A stretch of DNA of 64,000 nucleotides from Chara braunii. Its lineage: Eukaryota > Plantae > Charophyceae. The position numbers were made by a program, and so were the translations under genes. The notes below the pieces were generated by a model. The model did not search any database and was not told the DNA's origin. It saw only the letters and a list, made by a program, of their open reading frames with translations. The stretch is taken from the NCBI GenBank assembly GCA_003427395.1, contig BFEA01000010.1, positions 2,105,578 through 2,169,577 of the forward strand, read 5' to 3'. This document shows, piece after piece, positions 23,691-36,708 of the stretch (within the stretch, counting starts at the first letter, position 1; every line of letters starts with the position of its first letter).

Positions 23691-25099
23691 CGATTTCACC
23701 GTCATCGTTTTGCTCGTATTCGAGCCAAAACGCTGCCGCTTCGTCGTACTGCCTACCGACAGCCTTTTTGCCAGCACTCGACCCCTCACCAGTCTTCCTC
23801 CGCCGAGGTTTCTTCTCGCCATCGTCTTCTTCAACTGCTAGTTTCCTTTTGGATTTCTCTGACGGTTCTCTCGCGGCGGCAATGCCTAGACGAGTCGAAT
23901 CTCCTTCACCCATAGTTTGTCCTTCGCGGATGGTCAAACTGTCGGGCCTCCTCGCCTTCTTACTTGTTGTTGCACTCACTTCCTTCGATTGCCTCTTTTT
24001 GACTCCTTGTTCTTGTCCGCCACGCATCCTTGGAGTCCTCTTTCCCGAGGCACGTTCTCCGATGTCACCTTCATCCCCGCCAATCATCGGCTCCGAGTGT
24101 CCTTTCATCCTCTTCATGTGTCGGGTTTGTTCCGCCACCTCTTCTCGCACCGTCTTTTGTCACTCGCGCTTATTTTCCGAAGAAGTCGGCTCCCCACCGG
24201 AGCTGTCGCGCACAGCGCCCATCCCTTCATCCTCATTCCCTCCAACCTCTTGCCCTGATCTGTCGGATTCTCTTCTCGTCCCATCTCGAAGCGAATACGT
24301 GTCGCCCTGGCAGACGACCTTGAGGATTTTCGGAGTACCGACCCTGTGAGTCCCTGCATCTGAAGAATGCAAGCCAGACGGGTTCTCAAGAGCATCCGGG
24401 CCGACCTGCGTCTGAATGTTGCGCGCGTGCCCCTTGCCCTGACCCCCAGCGCCGTGAATCACACTCTCGTGCCCCACTGGCGTAACAGGGGTTTCTTGAG
24501 CCAAGCTGGATGACCCCTCATGGGCTGGCAGAAGCGGGAAAACATATTCTCGTGGAAGAACTGAACGGTCTTTCGGCATCTTCAACGCAAGATCGAGATA
24601 TTCCACTGGCGGTGGAAGACGCCTGCTGTTGTCATCATAAAGCCCTTTGAAGTGACGGCAAAGTAGCATGTTCGAGTCATACCCCGCGAAACTCTTGATC
24701 GGCACTATCACACCCTTAACACCTTTGTAAGGCAGTCTGCAGTGGTCGTATAAGATGTTAGTGTGGAGCTTGAGCAAGCCTCCAGACCGTTTGTCGAACG
24801 AGACGATGGTACCGAGAGGAAGAACGTCGGCTGCTCCCTCAGCGTCTGGAAAGCAAGTGGGTCGCATGAAAACAGCTGGCCCAATAAGGTTCCCCTCAAC
24901 AACGAAGCTCAAAAACCATTGTGCATCCCTCGTATGGAAGTACGGAGGACTAGATTGTTGAAGAGGTCGTCCCTCCCCGGGGTAGACGCCCCAACGCTTG
25001 TCGATGTGTTCTTCGCGAACGCCATTTTACGCCCAACCCTAGACCAAATCGGATGACCGGGAGGAAAGCCACGAGGTTTTCCTAAGAGAACAGAAGCAA

Positions 25100-26000
25100 A
25101 GTGCGAACTACCTGAGTTGACGAAATAGAGGACCAAAATGACGTAAGAGATGGGTGTTTGAAATGCACATGAAGTCACAACAATTGGGTAAAGGAGAGGA
25201 AAGACAACACTCTTCTGGCAGAGTCAGTTCGGAGGAAAGATAACAACTCCTTGGAAAGAGTGTGAACCAACTCGCTGTTCTAGAAACGAGGAAGAGGCGG
25301 TTTATCTTTGGGAAAGTGCGAACTAACTCGGAGTTATGGGAATGAAGACCTCTACAACAAGTACCGCATGGGTATCGACAAGTGAGAACCAACTCGCAGT
25401 TTTGGAAACAAGACAAAACAACGTACGAGATGGGTGTTTGAAATGCACACGAAGTCACAACAATTGGGTAAACGAGAGGAAAGACAACACTCCTCTGGCA
25501 GACTGAGTTCGGAGGAAAGATAACAACTCCTCCGAAAGAGTGCGAACCAACTCGCAGTCCTCGAAACGAGGAAGAGGCGGTTTATCTTCGGGAAAGTGTG
25601 AACTAACTCGGAGTTCTGGGAATGAAGACGTCTACAACAAGTACCACATGGGTATCGACAAGTGCGAACCAACTCGCAGTTCTGGAGACAAGACAACAAT
25701 TCCAACTCGCAGTTCAGGAAACGAGAAAGTCACGTTTGAGAAAGAGGCGGCTTATCTTGGGGAAAGTGCGAACTATCTCGGAATTGTTGAAATGAAGATC
25801 TGAAACATGTACGACATGGGTGTTACAAGTGCGAACTAACTCCGAGTTTTGGATACGGAGGGCAACAACTCCTCCAGCAGTGTAGGTCATAAAGTGCGAA
25901 CTAACTCGCAGTTGTGGAAATAAAGAACGGACTTTCAAGAAAAAGGCGTCTTATCTTGGGGAAACTGCGAATTAACTCGCAGTTGTGACTCCTCCAGCAG
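25100..26000. repeat. ~280-bp tandem duplication rich in the 22-bp palindrome, upstream of the giant minus-strand gene
   Basis: ACGTA.GAGATGGGTGTTTGAAATGCAC at 25141 and 25421, with about 10 AAGTGCGAAC.AACTCG.AGTT motifs. Confidence 0.85.
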
Positions 26001-26114
26001 TATAGGTCTCAGTTGTGGATCAGTTCCGACCTCGCTGGGATGAATGAAGAAAAACTGCGAATTAATTCGGTCTTCTTGAAGCGGCACGAACGAACATCAA
26101 TATATATATCTATA

Positions 26115-26357
26115 TCTTTGTTTCGTGGATGTTTTGCTGGCTTGTGATGGGGTGTGAACTGACAGTCTGTAGAGTTTTCCATCTGGTGTGGGTGAGTGAT
26201 AGTCTACTTTGATTTTGGTCAGTGATTACACTGTAAATTATAATCTACCTTAACCAAAATAAAAGTAGACTATCACTCTCCCACACCAGATGGAAAAATC
26301 TACAGAGTGTCGGTTCACACCCCATCACAAGCCAACAAAACATCCACGAAACAAAGA
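26115..26357. repeat. Foldback inverted repeat (~105-bp arms, ~30-bp loop)
   Basis: TCTTTGTTTCGTGGATG...TTTTGGT is mirrored by ACCAAAA...CATCCACGAAACAAAGA. A third arm copy lies at ~27075-27200. Confidence 0.85.
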
Positions 26358-27839
26358 AAGGTCTGTCACAGCCAAAAAATACACTCCAGACACTTGTTTG
26401 TTGTCCTCTTCTCTCTCTCTGCCTACGGTTTATCGGGAAGTTCTGTTTGTGATGATATATGCTACGACTTCGCTAGCTTCCTACTATGGTTTTTTNNNNN
26501 NNNNNNNNNNNNNNNNNNNNNNNNNNNNNNNNNNNNNNNNNNNNNNNNNNNNNNNNNNNNNNNNNNNNNNNNNNNNNNNNNNNNNNNNNNNNNNNNNNNN
26601 NNNNNNNNNNNNNNNNNNNNNNNNNNNNNNNNNNNNNNNNNNNNNNNNNNNNNNNNNNNNNNNNNNNNNNNNNNNNNNNNNNNNNNNNNNNNNNNNNNNN
26701 NNNNNNNNNNNNNNNNNNNNNNNNNNNNNNNNNNNNNNNNNNNNNNNNNNNNNNNNNNNNNNNNNNNNNNNNNNNNNNNNNNNNNNNNNNNNNNNNNNNN
26801 NNNNNNNNNNNNNNNNNNNNNNNNNNNNNNNNNNNNNNNNNNNNNNNNNNNNNNNNNNNNNNNNNNNNNNNNNNNNNNNNNNNNNNNNNNNNNNNNNNNN
26901 NNNNNNNNNNNNNNNAGTTTTGTTTGTGACGATATATGCTACGACTTCGCTAGCTTCCTGCTACGTTTTTTTCCGGTCAGGTCGAGCGGCAGTGGTCGGG
27001 GCCGTTACTAGGCGGCCATGCTGTGCCTCTGGTGCCAACGGCCTGTCTGGAGTGTATTTTTTGGCTGTGACAGACCTTTGCTTCTTTCGTGGATGTTTTG
27101 CTGGCTTGTGATGGGGTGTGAACCGACAGTCTGTAGAGTTTTCCATGTGCCATGGGCTGTGGGTGAGTGATAATCTACTTTGATTTTGGTTAAGGTAGAT
27201 TATCATTTACAGTGTCATCAGTGAGGGGATTCTGCAGACTGTTGAGGGTTCAGCCTTCTGATGAGTCGGTGAAACTCCGACGAAACAGTTTGTCACAACC
27301 CCTCATTTGTTATCCTCTTCTCTCTCTCTGCCTACGATTTACCGGGCAGTTCTGTTTGTGACGATATCTATATATATATATATATATATATAGATATAGA
27401 TATATATATATCAGGTCGGCGATCTCACAAGGGACAGGTGAACGAAAACCGGGAATTGATTCGGTGTTCAACAAAAACTGGGTATTGATTCGGGGTTCAC
27501 CATGGGCACTGACGATTATAAGTTGTGAAGGGAATCGAGCAACTTTATACAAAAAATATCATGGCAGCTTCATAGCGTGTATGATATTGGTTCAGCTATT
27601 GCAAAAGGTAATCAAGCTACGAAGCGCGGATTGGCTATGGTGGACAGAGGTGGAGGGTGAAGAAAAGATATCAGAACATGTGCGGCGGCGATAGCACGAC
27701 CGGACCTCTGGAGCTGCGAAACAACAAAACTGGGAATTGATTTGGGGTTCAACATGCGGCAACTGCGGCGTTATAGCGCGCACATAGAGATCGTTGTGCA
27801 TTGCACGAACGACCAACGTCGGACGGATATGGATGTACG

Positions 27840-28050
27840 ACGACCGAACCAGCTATGGTGGAGGGAAATCGAGCTACGAAGAGCGAAGCCACTATGGCGA
27901 ATGGAAATCCAGCTACGAAGAGCGAACCGGCTATGGGGAATGGAAATCGAGCTACGAAGAGCGAACCGAACACCATGCAGCAACTGCGGCGTTGGCGGAA
28001 GGAGGTGGCGGAAGGAGCGAATCGAGCTAGGAAGAGCAAACTGGCTGTGG
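27840..28050. repeat. 39-bp minisatellite
   Basis: GAGCGAACC.GCTATGG.GAATGGAAATCGAGCTACGAA repeated about 4 times, seen as a 13-aa period in the ORF track. Confidence 0.8.
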
Positions 28051-28235
28051 CGGAAGGAGGTGGCGGGTGAAGACAAGATATCAAAACGTGCGCGGAAGCT
28101 ATAGTGCGACTTGACCTGTGGAGCTGCCAAACAACAAAAGGGATAACACGAGGGCGGCAACACCTTTTATACTTTCCGGCAGCAGGCCTAGCGTCGGGAT
28201 TAAGGAGGGGCCGTATCGATTCGCATATCGTACGC

Positions 28236-28286
28236 CAGGGCCTATAAGACGTCAGGGCCTATAAGACGTCAGGGCCTATAAGACGC
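28236..28286. promoter_or_regulatory. Triple 17-bp repeat CAGGGCCTATAAGACGT, candidate promoter core between divergent genes
   Basis: The repeat is seen directly and contains TATAA and GACGTCA. It lies midway between the two divergent transcription units. Function is inferred. Confidence 0.35.
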
Positions 28287-28749
28287 CATGGCCTGTAAAA
28301 CGGTAAGGGCAGGTTGGGCCTCGAAAGTTCAGAAGTACCGGAAATTGTCGGCCGTCGATCAACAATTTTCAATGGCACAGATTAACGAAGCCACTAACAT
28401 GCCAGAGGCCCTAAGATCTCCGCCAACTCCGGCGTGCATTGATATGACACTTCCAGAAAATAAGAGACATGCAAGGTCATTTTCGTTGTTCTAATCTGGA
28501 CCGTCGATCGGCATGATCCGACGTACAAAGTGGAGCTTCGTTACCCCCCCGAGGTCAGGCGCAAAAATCCGGTGCGACGGTTCGTTGCGTGCCGAGGCAA
28601 GGCAACGGTCCATTGCGCACCGAGTCGCGACGATTCGTTGCGCGCCGAGGTCAACACTGTAAATCTATAAGTTCTGGTCTCGCAGTCATTGGGACATTTT
28701 GCAAATGTCAACGGCGTTGGATATTGAAAGTCCGCAATCCATTCCAACA

Positions 28750-30420
28750 CTCGCCATGTGCCATCGCCATCGATGCTCTTAGCTCATCGTCATCGGGGCG
28801 CAAAGCTATATCCTTCATCGCAGCCATCACGCTCGCCTGACCATCGCAGCGCTGACAATCGTTATCGCTCCCATTGCAGCGCTGGCCATCATTATCATTG
28901 TCATCGCAGCGCTGGCCATTGTTATCCCTTCCATCGCTGCGCCATTTTTCTCATCGTTGCGCCATCTCTCTCCATAGGTGTTTCATCGCTTTCCATTGGT
29001 GTACCATCAGTGTCCATCTCTCTCCATCGGGGCGCCATCTCTCTTCATCGGTGTGCCATCACTCTCCATCGCTGATTCGTTGGGCCATCTCCTGCGCCAT
29101 CTCTCTCCATCGCTGTGCCATCTATCTTCATTGCTGCACCATCTCTTTCCATCGCTGCGCCATCTTTCTCCATCATGGACTCTCTCCATCGCCGCGCCAT
29201 CTATCTCCATCGCTCCTGCATGATCTCTTCTCCATCGCTGCGGGATCTCCCTCCATTTTCGCGTTTTATCTCTCCATCTTCGCGCCATCTCTCTCCATCG
29301 CTCATCGCGGACTCTCTCCATCGCTGCGCCATATCTCTCCATCGCTCCTTCGTGATCTCTTCTCCATTGCTGTGCGATTTCTCTCCATCGCCGCACGATC
29401 TCTCTCCATCGTTGAGTGATCACTCTCCATCTCTTTCCATCACTGCGCGATCTCTCTCCATCACTGGGCTCCCTCCATCGCCATTGTATTATTGTTTTAG
29501 TCCACCGTCGGTGTAGCCGCCCATCATTGTGGAATCGCACGAAACAAGTGTCAGGTATGCCTAATGAAGGTTTAACGCGATGGATTTCACTTTGATGAAT
29601 ACTTCTGTTTATTAAACTGATCTCTAGATCAACATTAGTTAGGCATTAAATGATGTTGTTCAATAACTAATCTTGGTCATCGCTGCGCCATCTATCTTCA
29701 TCGGTGCGCCATCGCTTACCATCGTTGCGCCTGCTCTCTCCATTGGTGCACCATCTTTCTCCATCGGTGCGCCATCTCTCTCCACTAGTGCGCCATCTCT
29801 CCCGATCTTTCTCCATCTATCTCCATTGCTGCGCCATCTTTCTCCATCTATCTCCATCGCTGTGCCATCTTTCCCTATCTATCTCCATCGCCGCGCCATC
29901 TTTCTCCTTCTATCTCCATCAGTGCGCCATCTTTTTCCATTGGTGTGCCATCGCTAACCATCGCTACGCCTGCTATCTCCATTGATGCGCCATCTTTCTC
30001 CATCGGTGCGCCATCTCTCTCCATCGGTACACGATCTCTCTCAATCAGTTCGCGATCTCTCTCCCTCGCTGCGCCATCTACCTTCTTCCCCGTACGTTCA
30101 TTATAGTTGTCTTTAGACCGAAAGATGCCATCGCTAACCATCGCTTTGTCTCCATCTATCTCTCTCGGTGCGCCATCTCTCTCCATCGGTGCGCGATCTC
30201 TCTCCATCTATCTTCATCGGTGTGCCGTCTCTCCATCGGCGCGCGATCTCTCTCTATCTTTCCATCGCTGCGCCATCTTTCTCCATCTATCTTAAAAAAA
30301 TACTACGTCATCTTTCTCCATCTATCTCCATCGCTGCCTCATCTTTCTCCATCTATCTCCATCGCTGCCTCATCTTTCTCCATCTATCTCCATCGCTGCA
30401 CCATCTTTTTCCATGCCTGC
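28750..30420. repeat. Low-complexity pyrimidine-rich minisatellite (CCATCGCTGCGCCATCTCTCT-like, ~21 bp)
   Basis: Dozens of degenerate copies in two blocks separated by a unique stretch at ~29480-29670. Confidence 0.9.
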
Positions 30421-32569
30421 AGTTTCGAATTTGGACTGAGTGTAGTGAACAAATCCGAGTAAACTAGCGCTTCTTCTCGAACGAAAAAAATGGAGTCATT
30501 TTCTACGTGCGAATGAGTCTGAATCAGCTCGCACTTGTACCCTCAGTTTCGAAATCGAAATATTCATTTCAAGTGCGAATTTATTCACTCTTGAACCAAC
30601 CAGCCCCCTAAATTTCTTATTATATAGTCGATAAGTCAGAATTAACTCGCACTTGTACTCCCAGTCTCGAAATCGAAACACTTGAGCAGTAAAGTTGCGC
30701 CTCTTCTCGGCCTAAAAAAAGAAGAAGTCATTTTCTATTTGCGAACCAGGAAGGTAATTTTTTATTATACGACGAAATTGAAATGCTCGTTTGAAGTGCC
30801 GAGTTTATTCGCACTTGAGCCAACCATGCCCTTAAATTTCTTGTTGTTTGGTGGATAAAACCGAATTAACTTGCACTTGTACTCTCGATCTTGAAATCGG
30901 AAAACTAGAGTAAACTCGCGCTTCTTCTCGGCGAAAAAAAATTGTAGTTTTTTTCTATGTGCGAATATATTCGCTCTTGAACCAACCAGGAACCTAATTT
31001 TTCACTGTATGGTGAATAAGTCCGAATGTACTCGCACTTTTCATGATCTTCGTGCTACGCCTTCAATGTGCGAGTATATATTTTTTTGGACCAACCACGA
31101 ATCTATTTCCAACTGTATAGGGCATAAGTCCAAGTCAGCTCTCAGTTGTGGTCGCCCCTCAATGAGACGCACTTTTCTATGTGCGAATTTATTCTCTCTT
31201 GGACCATCCAGGAACCTTATTTCTTACTGTATGGTGAATAAGTCCGAATCAACTCGCACTGTACTCTCGCCTGCCCCTTATTTATGTGGGATAAAAAGTG
31301 CGAGTTCACTCGGACTTATCCAAACCACTTGCAAATTAAACTAACTATCAAGAAGAGCAGTCCTTCAACCAGCACAAGAGAACGAGTGGGAGAGGAGTCG
31401 GACTTGAGTCTCTTTGACCATCTAGGAACCTTATTTCTAACTGTACGGTGATTAAGTCCGAATCAACTCGCACTTGTACTCTCGCCTGGATACAAGTACG
31501 CCCCTTAGTCTATGTGGGAGAAAAAATGCGAGTTCACTCGTACTTATCCAAACCACGTGCACATTAAACTAACTATCAGGAAGAGCAGTCCTTCAACCAG
31601 CACAAGAGAATGAGTGGGAGAGGAGTCGGACTTGAGATACCACTTGACCTTCAAATCAGGGTCTGGAAGTGCCACAACGTCCTTGGTTGGTAAAAGAGCG
31701 AATAAACTCGCACATACATGGATTACAGGAGCCCGAGAAAACAAAATGGATTCAAATACTCTTGTTCCATTGTTTTGTGATAAATATTAGAAATGCGATT
31801 TTACTCCCTCTTCTTTATTTTCCTGACCTCGTTATACATTGACGTGATTTTCTTGTTGTACAGTTTTCGTGTGAATCGTCTCTTCAAATGGGTGTCCAAA
31901 CCGTCCCCTATGTCACGCCACCACCACTGTCACGACAACGTGGAGAAGACGATGTTCGAGAACGTAGTTCTTATGACAGCAGCCCGGAAGCTCCGTCTGA
32001 ACGGCCTTGCAATTTGAAAGGGAGTTCTCGATGTTGACCCCGACGAATCATTCAGGCTCCTCTACGACGTTCAGTCGGCATTTTGTTCGCTTTACCGACG
32101 TTCCCGGTGGTTAGCGCGTATCTACAGCGCTAATCCCCGATAGTGACAGTAATCAGGATATGGAGACGTTTCCTGGTGGATTGATGTTCGTGGACCCAAT
32201 TTTTTGTGGTGTGTCCGATACGATTGGATCAGATATCGTGCGGACAACGGGTAGACTGTGTGAAAGCATTGAAGTTACCCAACCCTAGCATTTGACTACA
32301 GTCGCTCGTTGGTGGATACAGACTTCTGCGGTATGCCTGATAGAAATGGATCTGATCGGGAACAGTGTGGCACGTCCGATAGAAACACGTATGATCAGGA
32401 ACAGGCAACGGAACGTTCGTGTGAAAGTGCAGAGATAGGTAAGAGAATTGCATGTGAAGCCGGAAAAATTGACTCGTGGAAGAATACAGTCACATGTGCA
32501 ATGGAAAATTGGTAGATTGGTTTTGTAGACACAAATTTCTACAGTTTATCTAAGTTCTCCCAATCTGAT

Positions 32570-35067
32570 TTGCCAAGGACCGCTCCCACAGACAGATCTG
32601 AATTCATAGAAACAGCGCATCGGTCCCCGACAAAAACTCACCCTGGAACTCCCGAAGCAGTCCTTCAGGTTTTGTCTCATCCCCTACCTGGAGAAAGGAG
32701 AAGATATAATCGGAAAACTAGGCCGGTTAGCAGGTCAGAACATTCGAAGAGGGCCAAATGTCGATTGAATGAAACTAACATCGCGCTCGTCCCAACGCAC
32801 AAATGTTGTAAGAAAAAGTGTCTTCGGGTCTTGACCATTGACGATATCAAACTGGTGCACGAAGCTTATTACGAAATGTCCCTCGAAAGGAGGATCGAGT
32901 GGTGGATGCAAACCCTTCACAATTTCACTATCCTCGACGATGGTCTGGAAAGAGTCGAACCAGTGCACTGCAAACGCTGTGTGTGCATCGCTGGTTGGTA
33001 TAAAATAATAGGGATATGCCGAAACACATTTCGTCGTTATAGCAAGTGCAAGTCAGACGGGGTCGCCCGTGGCCGGCATGGTCGATGGGGATTGTTGAAC
33101 CCGAGACCGGAGTATGTGAGCATGCTGGCTTCTGTGACAAGGTTTGTGGAAGAACATGGAGATGCTATGCCTAACGAAATGGTTGTGAGGGGAACCTCAC
33201 AAAGACCTAAAGTTAGGCTCCCTGCTTATTTTACGAAGTTCTTTGTCTACGAGTCCATCAAGGCGGACATGGAAGCGGCGGGTCAGACCGTCGTTTCGGA
33301 ACAAGTCTTTTACTCCATATGGAGGAAGTACTTGTGGCATGCCGACCTTGCCAAATCCAACTCGTTCACAAAGTTTAGCGAGTGCGTCCGCCTTAGACAT
33401 GCCAGAGATAACGCCCGTCGCCTTCGTGACCGTAAGGATTTTGACGAAAGGCACCGTAAACACCAACTAGATCAGGTCGCTTACCGTGCGAATTACGCTG
33501 ATTGGAAACTTCGTTCCATTTTGAACCCCGCAGAATACCTTTGTCTTATAGTGGATGGAATGGATCAGAAAAAAACAACCATTCCTCACATTGGCATGTA
33601 TAATTACTCCGAGGATCATCGACACGACATGATGATGAAAACGAACCTAACCGCAGTTGTAGCTCACGGCAGGAAACCGTCCATTTATGTTTACACGTAT
33701 TTGCCTTTCTATGCGCACGGTTCTGATGGTACCATGACGTGCATTGTGCGGACTCTATGTGAGTTGCAGGCGTCGGGACAGAAATGGCCACGCCACTTCC
33801 GAATCCAGACGGACAATTGCTGGAGGGAAAACAAAAACCAATACCTTATGTGTTTGGCCTCTCTTCTGGTGACATTCGGGATTTTCGAAGATGTTGAAGT
33901 GCAGTTCATGCTCGTTGGCCACATTCATACCGACATAGACGCGACTTTTAGTGTTTTCTCGAAAAAGTTGAAGGACAACGATACTTACACCATGAAGCAG
34001 TTGTTCTCGCTTATCGAGTCGTCGCCCAAGATACCACCGAAGTTCACCGAGCTCGATCACATTGCCGATTGGCGCCGGGTAGTGGATCGATACGTCGACA
34101 AAAGCATCATCGGCGTGTTGAAACCGCATCTCTTCAAATTCTTCATATTCTCGTCATAGTGTACAAAAAGTACTGCACCAATGCGGAATGGATGCCGGAA
34201 GGCAGACCAGTTCACTGGTTCCTGGTTGTCGATGGAGAGTATGCAGGCCCTACCTCCCCTCCACAACCATGTGTTATTCCCTATGTCGTTAAAGAGGATT
34301 TTCGGATAGCTCGTGACAGTGTCCAAAAATTCCTGGACGTCCTCGAACAGCATAGACACATGTGGCAAACATATAGGAAGCAGGAGGTCGACAAGTGGAA
34401 GGATGCTTTGTCTTACTGGAAAGCCATCTTCGTCGAGGTGGACGATATGATCCAAGAGCAAAAGAAGAAGGAGACGGGAGAGGGTGAGGAAGAGGATGTC
34501 ATCGGGGCGGACGAGCCCGAGATCTACCCTAACGTCTTCTGGCCACAATCAGTCCGAACTGTGGAGGATGTTCAAGAAACCGACCCTCCTTCGCCAGAGG
34601 TTTCGCTTATATATGTAGGACCGAGGGCGGGCCGTCCAAAAGTGGACTTCGACCCTCGGCGTCATATAAACAAAGATGATTTTGTGATTGTTAGGCCACC
34701 CGATGAGGAATTGTCTCAAGGTGTCCCATTTTGGGTTGGTAGAGCACAGTCTAAGGTTGTGGACGACCGCTCCTCTCCTCATTTCGGTTGTTTATGTATA
34801 CAGTGGTGGGTGCCTACAGGTCGCTCGTCCGATCTTCGCGAGAGGTACTCTGGCGCTTGGACGAAGAGGTGGAAACTTTCCACTTCAGACGAGGAACAAT
34901 GGCAACGTGCCGAAACCGTGGCTTATTCCTGGAGAAGACCCTTCCGCAAAGGAACGGATGAAAGCAAATTTGTGAGAGGCCTTACGATACCGACATCCGT
35001 CTGCGAGAAAGCACTTGTGGCCTTGGGGGATGGCTGTCTTTCTGGTCCGTCCGACGTGCCCATTTAG
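32570..35067 (+). pseudogene. Sola-like DDD transposase with C-terminal extension; one frameshift near 34150
   Basis: HKCCKKKC, VCIAGWYKIIGI, CLIVDGMDQKK, IQTDNCWRENKN and FMLVGHIHTDIDATFS match the Sola-type D..DNC..NKN..GH.H..D pattern. The protein continues in ORF 34069-35067 (YKKY..EWMP; FVIVRP..PFWVGR..IQWW). The true start is probably in an upstream exon (donor G|GTAAGA near 32438). Confidence 0.8.
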
Positions 35068-35164
35068 TGAAATGCGAACTGATTCGGATTTGTTAGCTAC
35101 GAACTCCGCAAAGATAATGACGAGACGTTAACTGCGAACTGATTCTTATTTCTTGTCTTGTAGG

Positions 35165-36032
35165 ATGGATGACGACAGCGCATCATCGTCCTACGAAACC
35201 TTGTCGTACGTGAGCAAGTATTCCTTTTCGATCGAGAATGTGGACAGGGATCTTATCATCGTGAACAAAATATTTGGGCACGAGGAACGGTCAGTCTTGA
35301 CAACAATTATCTGCATGTCGAAGCTGGAGTCGTCCTCGACGGTTATATTGAACCCGAAACTCGTGTTGTTGATAGACAAACTTCAATAATTCTCGATAGG
35401 GTCAAATATGTGGTACCTCTACTGGAGTTCAGAAGAAGTCCAACTTTGGGAAGTGCTATCAAGTAAGGAAGAAAACCTCGATGTCGAAGATATGGTAGAT
35501 TTGTGGGACTCACTGCGCTTAGAACAAGACTGGGATTGAATGGACGACCAACATGCTAAACTTTGCGCTTGGTACTGCATCGGGAAGCCACTGTTGCGTT
35601 CCCCTGTGATCATAGACTACCATGGCCGAGCTCGTTTGTTCAACCGTGGCACCCCTGTACTAACTCTTTTCACGGCGGCCAAGCTTGATGGTAAGCGAAT
35701 GAGAGTTTTCTTCCTTGTGAGGGAAGACTTTCGCGAGCTCACGTCCGAGGGTGCTCTGAAGCGCTTCCGTGATCGATTCGAAATTAGATCCTTCGCTCGC
35801 AAAAGAATTGAATCTAAGGGTTGACTGTTTGGTGCATGCCCAACTTCACTTCCTTTTCGGATTGTGTGAGGAGATATTATTCACGTTGGAACACAATGAC
35901 AACTACAATGACTACACTCTACGAAAAGTTTCGCATCACCATTCGGGTGTCCAAACATTGGAATTCGTAGGTGGTAGGCGGAGACAAATCTACGACTGTC
36001 CTTACTGTAACGATGGACACCAGTCGCCCTGA
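35165..36032 (+). pseudogene. Cargo paralogue D, first of the array, directly after the transposase
   Basis: Acceptor TTCTTGTCTTGTAG|G-ATG. Motifs WYLY, KLCAWYC, IIDYHGR, RVDCLVHAQLHFLF, IYDCPYCNDGH. Several frameshifts. Confidence 0.8.
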
Positions 36033-36708
36033 CCTGCTATGTGAGCCTTCGTATTTTGAGATTTCCACAACTCCGAGTTAGTTCGCACTTTGTTGCTGTA
36101 CTCATAGGAAAACCTCGTTGTTCATCGACTTCCGTGCTGTTCACATTAGTCTTAGTTAACTCGTCATTGTTGTCACTGTTTCCACCCTGCGGCTCTGCTA
36201 TTTTCGCTTCTCCTGTCCGTCGCACAATTGGAAGTACGGACACCCTGTAACGAAGTGCGAATCTATTCCCAGTTATCGGATCCCCAGTAGGCCGTTTCTC
36301 CAAACCGGATTCCCGACCTCGCAATCACGTCGTTATTGTCATGTGCAGTGCTCACCCTCATTTCCTATACTTTATATGTCCCTTTCGACATAGTCCCCCC
36401 TGCATGTGTCGCGTGCTTCACGCACTCGCATCATCCTTGCACAATTGGGAGTGGGAGTATACTCGCAGTTTTCACTTCTCTTGTACCTTCCACAATAGGA
36501 AATATGGGCACCCTGTCACGAAGTGTGAATACATTCTCAGTTATCAGACCCCGAGTAGGCCGTTCCGTTGCTCCTTTCAATACATGTGTGTGACTTCGCT
36601 TCATTATGAACTGGCGTAAGTGGGCGTATACTCGCAGTTGCCATTCCTGCCAGACTCCGTGGACGTCATCGCTAACATGCTAACTCGTGCTTCCGCACGT
36701 AATGCAGG

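Larger units (their letters stand above)
16956..25025 (-). pseudogene. Giant multi-domain transposon gene: N-terminal unknown domain, ParB/Srx-like domain, amino-MTase-like fold, low-complexity and acidic repeats, Ulp1 protease; disrupted
   Basis: ATG at 25025 downstream of the acceptor TTCTCTTAG. ORFs 24909-25178, 24160-24912, 23179-24150 and 22720-23169 are in one frame separated by single stops, and later fragments follow via frameshifts. One GTAAGA..TTTTACAG intron at 18263-18121. Confidence 0.7.

Noticed and set aside
17298-24961. Plus-strand ORFs over the giant minus-strand gene
   Set aside because: Antisense shadows of GC-rich coding sequence. All recognisable motifs are on the minus strand.
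26290-27111. Long ORFs containing X runs (also 10587-10895 and 52725-53359)
   Set aside because: Artefacts of translating through N-gaps.
28758-30467. Many overlapping ORFs of 80-180 aa
   Set aside because: Low-complexity minisatellite open in several frames on both strands.
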